A DNA stretch of 36,223 bases from Candidatus Paceibacter sp. (GCA_020724945.1 DYFX01000003.1:1-36223), one strand, 5' to 3'; numbered from the stretch's first letter, positions 1-10,805 are shown. The notes: a model not told the origin generated them from the sequence alone. Numbers and translations are program-made.

Positions 1-113
1 GCACCGACAACGCCGCCATGATCGCCATGGCCGGATATTTCCGCCTCTCCAAGAAGAAGCAGGACGGCTGGAAGGGCATCGCGCCCGACCCGTCCTGGGA
101 ACTCGGCCGTTGA
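1..113 (+). CDS. tsaD: 3' end of tRNA threonylcarbamoyltransferase TsaD (partial)
   Basis: Frame from nt 3 reads TDNAAMIAMAGY...ELGR*; DNAAMI is the TsaD/Kae1 C-terminal motif; stop at 111-113 directly precedes tsaE. Confidence 0.9.
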   Translation, partial: TDNAAMIAMAGYFRLSKKKQDGWKGIAPDPSWELGR

Positions 114-114
114 T

Positions 115-576
115 ATGGAACGCCACATCACCTCGAAACCTGGAGAGACCGCGAAGATCGCCGCCGCGCTGGCCAAGCGCATGAAGGGCGGCGAAGTCCT
201 GGCGCTCATCGGGAATCTCGGCGCCGGCAAGACGACCTTCGCGCAGGCGTTCGCCAGGACCCTCGGCGTCCGCCACCGCATCCAGAGCCCGACCTTCATC
301 TTCATGCATGAGCACCGTCTGGACCGGAAAAGCGACCCCGCGTATTTCGTGCACGCCGACGCCTACCGCGGCGGCGTCGCGGAACTGCGCTCCATCGGCC
401 TCGCGGAATACTTCGGCCGACCGGACGCCGTCGTCCTCGTCGAATGGGCCGACCGCGTGAAGTCGATGCTTCCCAAGAAGACGATCACGGTCCGCTTGAA
501 GCATCTCGGAGGCGACCGGCGCGAAGTGACGATCGCTGGGGCGCCGGCCGCGGCGAACCGGAGGCCGAGGGGTTGA
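115..576 (+). CDS. tsaE: tRNA threonylcarbamoyladenosine biosynthesis ATPase TsaE
   Basis: GNLGAGKTTF P-loop, SPTF, HADAYR and VEWAD motifs; adjacent to tsaD. Confidence 0.95.
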   Translation: MERHITSKPGETAKIAAALAKRMKGGEVLALIGNLGAGKTTFAQAFARTLGVRHRIQSPTFIFMHEHRLDRKSDPAYFVHADAYRGGVAELRSIGLAEYFGRPDAVVLVEWADRVKSMLPKKTITVRLKHLGGDRREVTIAGAPAAANRRPRG

Positions 577-642
577 ACGATCCGGCCGGAAGTGCTAGCT
601 TCGTAAGGAGTCCTTTTCACCGACCGTACGAAGGAGGAAACC
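573..642 (+). promoter_or_regulatory. sigma70 promoter, boxA-like element and SD of accessory gene
   Basis: TTGAAC(573, overlaps tsaE stop)-17-TAGCTT(596) with extended TG; GTCCTTTTCAC at 610; AGGAGG at 632. Confidence 0.6.
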
Positions 643-2172
643 ATGGGCAAGTACCTGCGGATCAAGAACCGCGGGGAGTGCCCGCGGCTCTATCTGACCC
701 TGCTCGGAGCGACGACCAAGGGCGACAGGATGGACGACCCGTCCCAGGGCGGATGGTTCGGCTCGGGGACGAAATTCGCCCCCGTGGCCGCGCTCAACCT
801 GGGCATCAGCGTCGCCGTCGCCTCGCGCGACGAGGGAGGCCGGTACTTCATCCAGTACCTCGCCGAGAAGCGCAAGCTGCCGGGCAAGACGATCAAGCAG
901 ATCGTCCTGCGCACCACCCTGCCGGATCGGAGCTTCGTCACGCGCGATACGCCGTTCACGCTCGACGCCTGCAAGAACTGGAAGGAGCCGATCGGCGACG
1001 ACGGCATGAAGGCCTTCCGCGTCCTGCGCGAGTACCTGCGCAACGCCGTCGATGCGGATCCGCAAGGCTACGCGATCGAGGAGTGCGACGAGCTCCAGTG
1101 GCCGCCGGAGGGATGGACCTATGTCTACCTCTCGGTGTCGGCGGAGATCCGCGCGATGCTGGCGGCCCCCGCCCGCTACTTCAAGTATGTCGCGCCGGAG
1201 CGTAATCCGCCGCCGCTCGCGTACTTCAAGAACGGCGCGGCCTACGCCCGCTCCGATCCGGAGCGCACGCGCCTCTTCTCGCTCGGCACGCTAGCCTTCT
1301 GCAGCGCGCACCCCCGGTATCGGGCGCGCTATGACTACAGCGTCGACGTGAAGACCGGTACCCAGGGACGCCCGCTCCTCGCCGAGGAACGGACCTTCTC
1401 GGACATGAGCCTGGTCTACTGCGAGGTCAAGAAGATGCTCGCGGCCTGGAAGGATGTCGCCGCGCTCACCGGACTGATCACGGCCATGATCGACGGCGAC
1501 GCCTCGTTCGAGGCGGAAGCGATGGGGTATCTGGACAACACGCCCAAGCTCCTCGCCGCCGCGCCGGAGTGGCTCGCCGCCTGGCGACGGGCCTACGGCG
1601 ACGACGCCGTCATCTCCTCGAACCCGTACGCGGACGAGCTCGCGCGCTACAGCTTCCGGAAGACCTCCGTGACCGTCCTGCAGCAGGGCGTCCGAAGCTT
1701 CCTGAAGGCCTGCGGCGTCCCCGAAGCCGCCGAGTGCATCCCGGGGATGGTCGTGGGACAGGAATACCGCCCCGTCGCCGACCTCGAGGATTGGGAACGC
1801 GAGCGCCTGGCGATCGCGTGCGCCATCATGCACGAGGAGTTCCCCGAATCGAAGGGCTTCGCGCTCTGCGTCTACGAGCCGATGACGGAACGGATGAAGC
1901 CGACCCTCGGCTTCGCCCGCTACGACACGGCCCAGCCCATCCTCTTCGTGCAGCGCGCCTGCATCCGCTCGTGGGACACCCTGATCGCGACGCTCGTCGT
2001 GCACGAGTGCCGCCACGCCCGCACCAAGGTCGACGACACCAAGCGCGACTTCATCGACCGGGCGGACCGCGACCTCGCGGACCTGCTCATCGAGAAGCAC
2101 GGCCTCGAGCACGAGCCCGAGGTGAGGCCGGAGGACATCAGCCTGCCCTCCGTCATCGTCGCGAAACCGTAA
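643..2172 (+). CDS. Permuted GHKL-type ATPase with C-terminal HEXXH zincin-like motif (hypothetical protein)
   Basis: LRIKNRGE, LGATTK and GWFGSGTK precede REYLRNAVDA; VHECRH near the C-terminus; strong SD. Confidence 0.6.
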   Translation: MGKYLRIKNRGECPRLYLTLLGATTKGDRMDDPSQGGWFGSGTKFAPVAALNLGISVAVASRDEGGRYFIQYLAEKRKLPGKTIKQIVLRTTLPDRSFVTRDTPFTLDACKNWKEPIGDDGMKAFRVLREYLRNAVDADPQGYAIEECDELQWPPEGWTYVYLSVSAEIRAMLAAPARYFKYVAPERNPPPLAYFKNGAAYARSDPERTRLFSLGTLAFCSAHPRYRARYDYSVDVKTGTQGRPLLAEERTFSDMSLVYCEVKKMLAAWKDVAALTGLITAMIDGDASFEAEAMGYLDNTPKLLAAAPEWLAAWRRAYGDDAVISSNPYADELARYSFRKTSVTVLQQGVRSFLKACGVPEAAECIPGMVVGQEYRPVADLEDWERERLAIACAIMHEEFPESKGFALCVYEPMTERMKPTLGFARYDTAQPILFVQRACIRSWDTLIATLVVHECRHARTKVDDTKRDFIDRADRDLADLLIEKHGLEHEPEVRPEDISLPSVIVAKP

Positions 2173-2204
2173 ACCCCGCACCTTCCGGTGCGGGGTCTTT
2201 TCGT
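2173..2204 (+). terminator. Intrinsic terminator between convergent genes
   Basis: ACCCCGCACC-TTCC-GGTGCGGGGT followed by CTTTTCGT. Confidence 0.8.
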
Positions 2205-2206
2205 CT

Positions 2207-3919
2207 CTATTCCGCGGCGGCGAGCACCTCGTCGACCGTCGTGAGGCCGTCGAGCGCCTTCAGGATGCCGTCCTGCGCCATCGTGACCATGCCCTGCTTC
2301 ACGGCGAGCTCCTGCATCTGGTACTCGGAGACGTTGCCCGTGAGGAGCAGCTTCTCGATCTCGGGGCTCATGGTGAAGATCTCGTAGATGCCCAGCCGGC
2401 CCTTGTAGCCGGAGTCGCCGCAGGTCTTGCAGCCCTTGCCCTTGTAGAACTTGGCGGCGTCGAGGTCCGGCTTCTCGCCGGCGTCGGGCGAGAGCGTCGC
2501 CATGATGTCCTTCACCTTCTTCAGCTGCTCCGGCTCGAGCTTCACCTCCTCCTTGCAGTCCTTGCAGATGCGGCGCACCAGGCGCTGTCCGATGACGGCG
2601 TTCAAGGCCGGCGCGAGGAGGAACGGCTTCACGCCCATCGAGAGGAAGCGCGGGATGGCGCCAGCCGCGCTGTTGGTGTGGATGGTGGAAATCATCAGGT
2701 GGCCGGTGAGCGCCGCTTGGATGGCGGTCTCGGCCGTCTCGAGGTCGCGGATTTCGCCGACCATGATGACATCCGGGTCCTGGCGCAGGATGGCGCGCAG
2801 GCCCTTGGCGAAGGTGTAGTCCTTGGAGAGATCGATGGGGGATTGGTTGATGCCCTCCAGGCTGTATTCGACCGGGTCTTCGAGCGTGATGATCTTCGTC
2901 TCCGCGTCGTTGAGCTTCTTCAGCGTGGCGTAGAGCGTGGTCGTCTTGCCGGAACCGGTCGGACCGGTCGTGATGATCATGCCGTTGGGGCGTTCCACCT
3001 GCGCCTTGAGCTGTTCGTACGCCTTGCCGCGGATGCCGAGATCGTCGAACGACAGGCCGATGGTCGAGGGCTTGAGGAGGCGCATCACGACGGATTCGCC
3101 GTAGGAAGTCGGGATGGTCGAGACGCGGACCTCGGTCTTCTTGCCGCCGATGAAGATGGTGAAGCGCCCGTCCTGCGGGATGTTGTTGACGTTGATCTTC
3201 AGCGCGGAGAACAGCTTGATGCGCGAGATGATGCGCGGCCAGACATCCTTGCCGAGGCGGGCGGCGTCCTGGAGCACGCCGTCGATGCGGTAGCGCACCA
3301 CGACATCCTTCTCCTCGGCCTCGATGTGCATGTCCGAGGCGTCGCCCTTGAGCGCGCCCGCGATGATGATGGTGACGGCGTCGGTGATGTCGGCGCCCTT
3401 CATCATGGCGTCCAGGTCCTTGAAGGACGCCATCTTGTCCTGGTACTTCTTCAGGTCCGCTTCGGTGATCTCGACGCCTTTCACGATCTTGCGGATCTTG
3501 GGGAGCGTGTCGTAGAGCTTCATGGCGTGGGCGAAGCTCTCCTCGGAGATGATGTACATCCCGACATTGGCGCGCGCCCGTTCGCCGACCTGATAGGCGG
3601 CTTCCTTCACCTCCGCGCGCCCCGGGTCGACGGAGGCGATGCGCACCTCGTCGCCGGTCTGCAGGAAGACGACCGTCTTGAGCTCCTTGGCCTGCTCCTG
3701 CGAGAGGAGCACGAGCGCCTCGGGCGAGATGGGGAAGCCTTTCAGGTTGATGTAGGAGACGCCCAAAAGCTGCCCGCGCTTGGCGGTCTCGCGCTCCTTG
3801 GCCTGCAGATCGAGCTCGCGCATCTTGGCGGAGAACTTCTCCTGCGCGTCCGGGGACGCGATGCTCGGCAGCTTCGATTTCTTCAGCAGGTCGTCGATCG
3901 TGGGATTGTCTCCAGGCAT
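2207..3919 (-). CDS. pilB: Type IV pilus / type II secretion assembly ATPase (PilB/GspE family)
   Basis: ASDMHIE, PQDGRF, GPTGSGKTTT, EDPVE, RQDPD, GEIRD, STIHTN and two CxxC motifs. Confidence 0.9.
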   Translation of the reverse strand: MPGDNPTIDDLLKKSKLPSIASPDAQEKFSAKMRELDLQAKERETAKRGQLLGVSYINLKGFPISPEALVLLSQEQAKELKTVVFLQTGDEVRIASVDPGRAEVKEAAYQVGERARANVGMYIISEESFAHAMKLYDTLPKIRKIVKGVEITEADLKKYQDKMASFKDLDAMMKGADITDAVTIIIAGALKGDASDMHIEAEEKDVVVRYRIDGVLQDAARLGKDVWPRIISRIKLFSALKINVNNIPQDGRFTIFIGGKKTEVRVSTIPTSYGESVVMRLLKPSTIGLSFDDLGIRGKAYEQLKAQVERPNGMIITTGPTGSGKTTTLYATLKKLNDAETKIITLEDPVEYSLEGINQSPIDLSKDYTFAKGLRAILRQDPDVIMVGEIRDLETAETAIQAALTGHLMISTIHTNSAAGAIPRFLSMGVKPFLLAPALNAVIGQRLVRRICKDCKEEVKLEPEQLKKVKDIMATLSPDAGEKPDLDAAKFYKGKGCKTCGDSGYKGRLGIYEIFTMSPEIEKLLLTGNVSEYQMQELAVKQGMVTMAQDGILKALDGLTTVDEVLAAAE

Positions 3920-3958
3920 CGTTGCGTGTCGTTCCCGCGAGCGCGGGGAACCCGTACC

Positions 3959-4978
3959 TTACTTCAGGAACCGGTCGAACCAGCGGGCGAGCTTGGACCT
4001 TCCGGCATGGCCGCGCTGATGGAGCTTGGTGAAGAGGTGCACCCAGACCGCGTACTGGAACGAGGCGAGGAGGCCGCCGATGAGCGCGAGGAAGAGCACG
4101 GCCGCCAGGCCGGCGAGCGCGAGGATCACGGCCACGCCCACGCCGCCTTCGATCAACGAGGCGCCGACGAGCAGCGGCAGGAGCACGATGCCGGCCACGA
4201 CGGTGGCCGCGCCGATGCCCAGCGCGGCCAGCAGGTTCACGGCGAAGAGCGCGAGCGCCGTCTCGATGCTGATGAGCCAGTACTTGCGGAAGAGCGCGAC
4301 GGCGGACTCGATGGCGGCGATGACCGGCAGGCGCTGCAGCGTGACATAGCAGGCGGCGTAGATCGTCACGAAGCCGATGATGAGGGTGAGGGGGATGAGG
4401 AGGACGAAGCCGGCCAGGTAGGAGAACGAGCTCCAGAAATTGGCGTCGGCGAGATACAGCACCGTGAGCGACAGCATCAGGTAGAAGAAGGCCAGCGTCG
4501 CCAGGCGCGCGAGGAGGTTCAGGACGAACAAGGGCCAGGCGACCTCGTTGCCGGCCGCGAAGAGCGAACCGAAGGCGGTCTTGCGCCCCCGTTCGGCGTC
4601 GCGGGCTCCGGCGATGAGCCCGCCTTGCGCGGACACCACCACCCAGACGGCCGCGGCCGCGATCCCGATGATCGTCAGCGCGGTCAGCAGGAAGATGACG
4701 ATGCCCTGCGCGCCCGCGGAGGCGAGCGCCTCGCCGATGCCGCCGGCGTCGAGCGCTTGCCAGAGGCCGAAGAAGCCTCCGAAGTCCTCGTCGAGGCCCA
4801 GGCGCCCCGTGCCTTGGACGAGGATCTCGTAGACCCCGCCGTTGCCGAGGAACGAGACGAAGAAGCCCAGAAGCCAGAGCGCCTTGTTCGCGCGCACCGT
4901 CTTCCAGGCGTCCGCCAGGATGTGGCGGTAGAACGCGCCGGTCGGTTTGGTCATATTTCCTCCGCGTGAGTCAAACAT
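3959..4978 (-). CDS. Multi-pass membrane protein of unknown function
   Basis: About 7-8 hydrophobic segments. Start is either 4978 (9 nt after TATACT) or 4954 (after GGAGG). Confidence 0.75.
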   Translation of the reverse strand: MFDSRGGNMTKPTGAFYRHILADAWKTVRANKALWLLGFFVSFLGNGGVYEILVQGTGRLGLDEDFGGFFGLWQALDAGGIGEALASAGAQGIVIFLLTALTIIGIAAAAVWVVVSAQGGLIAGARDAERGRKTAFGSLFAAGNEVAWPLFVLNLLARLATLAFFYLMLSLTVLYLADANFWSSFSYLAGFVLLIPLTLIIGFVTIYAACYVTLQRLPVIAAIESAVALFRKYWLISIETALALFAVNLLAALGIGAATVVAGIVLLPLLVGASLIEGGVGVAVILALAGLAAVLFLALIGGLLASFQYAVWVHLFTKLHQRGHAGRSKLARWFDRFLK

Positions 4979-5019
4979 AGTGCCCTAAGTATACAGGATT
5001 CCCGAGCGCCTGCCCACGC

Positions 5020-5086
5020 TTGACCGCGGCGCGGCGCGCTGGTAGGGTGAACCGTCGTCACTCGCGACGGCAGGAAGGCGTCAGGC
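5020..5086 (+). promoter_or_regulatory. sigma70 promoter and leader of accessory gene
   Basis: TTGACC(5020)-17-TAGGGT(5043) with extended TG; short leader hairpin; AGGAAGG at 5072. Confidence 0.6.
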
Positions 5087-5932
5087 ATGGAGGAAACGCT
5101 GTTCGGGACCCGACTTTCCGTACCGGAAGATCCGGATCCGGCCGCGCCGGAGCTGATCGACGCGATGCATACCGCCTACCGCATCGGCCGCGACTTCCTG
5201 TGGGAGCGGCCGGACATCCCTCCGGCGCCGCCGGACGCCATCGGACGGCGGATCGAGAAGCTCTCCGGAGGATCGTCGTCGTCCTTCCACGCGGCGCTGG
5301 CCGCGTTCCATCTCGGCGCCGCGCGGCCCTCGGAGGGCTCGCGCCGGAAGTCGACGCCGCGCGTCGCGCACCTCGCCTCCGCCCAACAGGCGCTCACCCG
5401 TTCTTTCCTCGCGATGCACCGCGACGCGCTGGTCGAAGTGTTCAGCAAGAGCAAGCGCGTCGGGTTCGCCGATGTCGTCGCCTGGCGCACCACCCTCTCC
5501 GGCGCCATGGCCGTCGCCCGCGTCGCCCGCGTCCTGCATGACGCCGGAGCCCGGCTCTGGCTGCCGACGATCCGGATGGACATGCGCGACAAGATCGACC
5601 TCATCGCGGCCTTCGGCCCGGCGACGGGCGTCTGCCTCCAGGTCAAGAACGACCACGCCGCCGCCGCGACCGTCTGCACGCCCTGCGCGCCGGACGACCT
5701 CGCTACGCCCGCGGACTGTCCGCCGGAGTTCATGCGCGGCGTCCGCGACCATGCGCGGCGCGTCGGCGGCGCGTGGCACGGCCTCTTCGTCCGCGTCGGC
5801 AGCCGCGGCATCCCGTTCCAGGACCTGAAGCGGTGCCAGACCATCCGCCGCAGCCTGCTCGCCGCCGTGGCGGGACTGGTTCCCGAGGCGATCATGACCT
5901 CGGCGACCGAAACCTCGCCGCCCGCACCATAG
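5087..5932 (+). CDS. Hypothetical protein with PD-(D/E)xK-like nuclease motif
   Basis: DMRDKIDL-x9-CLQVK; own promoter and terminator. Confidence 0.55.
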   Translation: MEETLFGTRLSVPEDPDPAAPELIDAMHTAYRIGRDFLWERPDIPPAPPDAIGRRIEKLSGGSSSSFHAALAAFHLGAARPSEGSRRKSTPRVAHLASAQQALTRSFLAMHRDALVEVFSKSKRVGFADVVAWRTTLSGAMAVARVARVLHDAGARLWLPTIRMDMRDKIDLIAAFGPATGVCLQVKNDHAAAATVCTPCAPDDLATPADCPPEFMRGVRDHARRVGGAWHGLFVRVGSRGIPFQDLKRCQTIRRSLLAAVAGLVPEAIMTSATETSPPAP

Positions 5933-5963
5933 ACCGCGCCGCTCCCGGCCGGTCTTTTTCGTT
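5931..5963 (+). terminator. Intrinsic terminator
   Basis: AGACCG..GCCG-CTCC-CGGC-CGGTCT followed by TTTTCGT; starts within the TAG stop. Confidence 0.7.
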
Positions 5964-5973
5964 CCGCCTCCGC

Positions 5974-6031
5974 TTGACCTCGTCTCCATCCGCGGACTAG
6001 CGTGGAAGCAGGACCTTGAAAGGAGGCCGCC
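5974..6031 (+). promoter_or_regulatory. sigma70 promoter, boxA-like element and SD
   Basis: TTGACC(5974)-18-TAGCGT(5998); GGACCTTGAAA at 6011; AGGAGG at 6021. Confidence 0.6.
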
Positions 6032-6679
6032 ATGATCGATTGCGTCGATGCCATCGCCGTCCCGCAGGCGGTCACGCCCTTCGTCCGCCCGAGCGCCTCC
6101 ATCTTCACCGTCGAAGGCGGGAAGGTCCGGATGCATGTCGTCCGCGGACGCGACGAGGCGCTGCGCGTCATCGCCGAAAAGCGCGCCCAGACCCGCGACG
6201 AACGCTATCGGCTGTGCCTCGACATCGTCGAGGCGTCCATGCTGCCGGAGCGCGCCGACGCCCCGACCGTCTCCATCGCGCCATGCGCCGCCGTCCTGCA
6301 GATGCTGGAAGCGACCTACGCGGTGATGCCGGAACTCGATCGGGTCGAGGATCTCGTCTATGCCGACGCGCCCGGCCTCGACGCCTTCCGTCTGCCGCGG
6401 TCGCCGGAAATCGATTCCGGGTATGCCGTCGTCCGCACGCGGACGGGCCCTCTGCTCGAGGTGTTCCATACGCGCGCGCACGCCTTCGCGTTCGCGGAGC
6501 GCCACGACGCGTTGTTCAGCGAGGACGACCGGCGTCTCATCGACGAGGCGTTCGGCGCGAGTCCGCTCGACGACCGATCCGTGCGCGCCTCCGAGGCCTT
6601 CGGAGGCTTCGCCGCCGCCGTCATCGGCGCCCACGACCGCCTCTTCCGCCTCCTCCGCGCCGCGGCCATCCGCCGCTGA
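6032..6679 (+). CDS. Hypothetical protein with apparent internal duplication
   Basis: Strong SD and own terminator; two similar ~100-aa halves. Confidence 0.7.
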   Translation: MIDCVDAIAVPQAVTPFVRPSASIFTVEGGKVRMHVVRGRDEALRVIAEKRAQTRDERYRLCLDIVEASMLPERADAPTVSIAPCAAVLQMLEATYAVMPELDRVEDLVYADAPGLDAFRLPRSPEIDSGYAVVRTRTGPLLEVFHTRAHAFAFAERHDALFSEDDRRLIDEAFGASPLDDRSVRASEAFGGFAAAVIGAHDRLFRLLRAAAIRR

Positions 6680-6684
6680 AACTC

Positions 6685-6719
6685 AAGACCGGCCCCTTTC
6701 GGGAGCCGGTCTTTTTCGT

Positions 6720-6720
<1 letters not shown>
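6685..6720. terminator. Intrinsic terminator between convergent genes
   Basis: AAGACCGGC-CCC-TTTC-GGG-A-GCCGGTCTT followed by TTTCGT. Confidence 0.8.
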
Positions 6721-8534
<1,814 letters not shown>

Positions 8535-8597
8535 TGGGAGATGTGGTTCGGGCCGCGGGGTCCCTGCGGGATCCGAGGCGGCCGCGCCGCGAGGCGC

Positions 8598-9734
8598 TTA
8601 ACCCTTAGATTCTTCCGTCGGCGCCTCCGCCTTGTCGGAACCGCCCTCTTCCAGCGCCTTCAGCGAGAGGCCCAGGCGGTGCTGTTCCGGCTCGATCGAG
8701 ACGATCTTGAATTTCATGGTGTCGCCGATCTTGGCGATGTCGCTCACGCTCTTCACCGGCTTCTTGGAGAGCTCGGAGATGTGGGCGAGGCCGTGGATGT
8801 CGCGGTCCAGCTCGACGAAGAAGCCGAACGGGTTGACCTTGAGCACCTTGCCTTCGACCGTGTCGCCGACCTTGTACTTCTCGCCGACCGTCTTCCAGGG
8901 GTCCTGGATGAGCTTCTTCATGGAGAGGAAGATCTTGGAGCCCTCGATGCCGATGACCTCGGCCTTGACCGTCTCGCCGACCTTCACGAGGTCGCGCGGA
9001 TGGTCGATGCGCTGCCAGGCGATCTCGGAGATGTGGACGAGGCCTTCGAGGTTGTCGAACTTCACGAAGACGCCGAAGTCCGCGATGGCCGTGATGGCGC
9101 CTTCGACGACATCGCCGACCTTGTACTTGTCGAGCACGCCCTTCTGCGCCTCTTCCCAGACGGCCTTCTCGGAGACGATGAGCTTCTCCTCGCGCTCGTT
9201 CACATCGATGATCTTGACGCCCATCGACTGTCCGACGAAGCTCTTCAGCTTCTCGAGGATCTTGATCTTGTCGCCGCCGGAGACGCGCGGGTAGTTGTCG
9301 GGGGAGAGCTGGGAGACCGGGAGGAAGCCGTTCACGTGGTTCACGCGGACGAGCAGGCCGCCCTTGTTGGCCTCGACGATCTTGGCCGGGATGACTTCGC
9401 CCGTGTCGATCATCTTGCGGAGGGTTTCCCAGGCGCGCTGCTGGCCGGCGTAGCGGAAGGAGAGCTCCACTTCGCCGAGCTCGTTCTCGAGCTCGATGAC
9501 GGTGGCTTCGACCTCGTCGCCGGGCTTCAGGCCGTCGTACTCGCCGGCTTCCGCGTAGATCTCGCGGCCGCGGACGACGCCGGTCTTGTAGCCTTCGATA
9601 TCGACGCGGATCTCGTTCTTGGCGATGGAGATGACCTTGCCTTTGACGACATCGGCGACCTTCGGAATCTTCAGCCAATCCTTGTCGGCAAGGAGGGTCT
9701 TCAGGTCGACGGCCGCGGTTTTGGTGTTGGACAT
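8598..9734 (-). CDS. rpsA: 30S ribosomal protein S1 (four S1 domains)
   Basis: Repeated S1 motifs (GFLPVSQL, GLVHISEI, GLAHISEL). Confidence 0.92.
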   Translation of the reverse strand: MSNTKTAAVDLKTLLADKDWLKIPKVADVVKGKVISIAKNEIRVDIEGYKTGVVRGREIYAEAGEYDGLKPGDEVEATVIELENELGEVELSFRYAGQQRAWETLRKMIDTGEVIPAKIVEANKGGLLVRVNHVNGFLPVSQLSPDNYPRVSGGDKIKILEKLKSFVGQSMGVKIIDVNEREEKLIVSEKAVWEEAQKGVLDKYKVGDVVEGAITAIADFGVFVKFDNLEGLVHISEIAWQRIDHPRDLVKVGETVKAEVIGIEGSKIFLSMKKLIQDPWKTVGEKYKVGDTVEGKVLKVNPFGFFVELDRDIHGLAHISELSKKPVKSVSDIAKIGDTMKFKIVSIEPEQHRLGLSLKALEEGGSDKAEAPTEESKG

Positions 9735-9859
9735 ACTGATTTAGCTTAAGAATTAGCCTTTTAATACTTAAAATCGGGCTGGGTTAAGAGTTACGGGAGC
9801 CGCCCGTGGCTCCATATAAAAGGCACGGGGAGTATAGGGAAAAGCCGTTTTTTTGGCAA
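9735..9859 (-). promoter_or_regulatory. rpsA promoter and AU-rich structured leader
   Basis: TTGCCA(9859-9854)-17-TATACT(9836-9831); ~90-nt AT-rich leader with two hairpins and no SD. Confidence 0.7.
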
Positions 9860-9874
9860 GTCCAGGCCGAAATC

Positions 9875-9934
9875 TTGACGCGGCGCCGGAATCGGGGTAG
9901 AGATGGGCGCAGTCCCTTCCACCGCGAGGTTCCG
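9875..9934 (+). promoter_or_regulatory. sigma70 promoter, boxA-like element and SD
   Basis: TTGACG(9875)-17-TAGAGA (imperfect -10); GTCCCTTCCAC at 9912; GAGGT SD. Confidence 0.5.
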
Positions 9935-10324
9935 ATGCGCTCTGCCATCACGACGCTTGCGCTTTGCCTGGCCGCCACCGCCTGCCGAACGGACACGGAG
10001 CCGAAACTCCAGGGTCCGGACCCGGATCCGATACTTCATACGGAGACGCTGTCGAACGATCTCTTCATCGTCGTCGCGACCGCCCCCTTCGGTCACCAGG
10101 ACCGGCTCGCGCTGGCCGTCGCCGAAGACGGCAGCGGCGCGTGCGCGACTTTCGTCGTGCCTTCCGACATGGCCCTGAAAAAGGGCGATGTCTTCAAGGT
10201 GCACCGCCTCTGTTACCGCGCGCGGGAGGCGCGCCGTGGAAGCGAAGGCGTGACCGCCCTCGACGCCTGCACGGATGTCGTCATCCCGTATCGGCTCCCG
10301 ACGCCGGAAGCGGAGCCGAAGTGA
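9935..10324 (+). CDS. Putative lipoprotein, hypothetical
   Basis: MRSAITTLALCLAATA-C lipobox-like signal; start chosen from the SD. Confidence 0.65.
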   Translation: MRSAITTLALCLAATACRTDTEPKLQGPDPDPILHTETLSNDLFIVVATAPFGHQDRLALAVAEDGSGACATFVVPSDMALKKGDVFKVHRLCYRAREARRGSEGVTALDACTDVVIPYRLPTPEAEPK

Positions 10325-10384
10325 CCGCGGCGAGCCGTTCGCCCGGTATCCGGAAACCCCGATCCTCATCGTGAAGGAGTCTTC

Positions 10385-10675
10385 GTGAGTTCCACCGACC
10401 CGTCCGTCCATTGCGACTGCCGCGCCGTCAGCGTCCGTCGCGCCATCGTCGTCTCCATCGTCGTCGGCCTCGCCGCCGCCGTCGCCCGGAGCGCCGTCTT
10501 CCGCGACGCGCCGGCCGCCCAAGCCGCCTGCGGGACCGTCGCCGGCCTCGCCGTCGCCGCGTACGGCATCGCGCGCCTGTACGACCGCGACCGCCGCCTG
10601 CCCGCGTGGGTCTACGCCGCCGTCGTCCTCGCCGGCACGACGCTCGCGACGCTCTGGACCGTCCGCCTCTTCTGA
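10385..10675 (+). CDS. Small membrane protein (about 3 TM), hypothetical
   Basis: AAGGAG SD, GTG start, three hydrophobic stretches, terminator at the stop. Confidence 0.6.
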   Translation: MSSTDPSVHCDCRAVSVRRAIVVSIVVGLAAAVARSAVFRDAPAAQAACGTVAGLAVAAYGIARLYDRDRRLPAWVYAAVVLAGTTLATLWTVRLF

Positions 10676-10700
10676 CCCTCCTCGCGAGGGTCTTTTTCGT
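10674..10700 (+). terminator. Intrinsic terminator
   Basis: GACCCTC-CTCGC-GAGGGTC followed by TTTTTCGT; begins within TGA. Confidence 0.8.
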
Positions 10701-10710
10701 CCGTCGCCCC

Positions 10711-10739
10711 TTGCCCCGACGCTCTTGCGATGCTACGCT
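10711..10739 (+). promoter_or_regulatory. sigma70 promoter for the MBL-hypothetical-gyrA unit
   Basis: TTGCCC-17-TACGCT with extended TG. Confidence 0.55.
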
Positions 10740-10805
10740 GACCCCGTAAAACAGCCCCCGTACGCGGCCCTCGCCGCCGCGGGGCAAGCATCACTGCCGC
10801 ACCAC

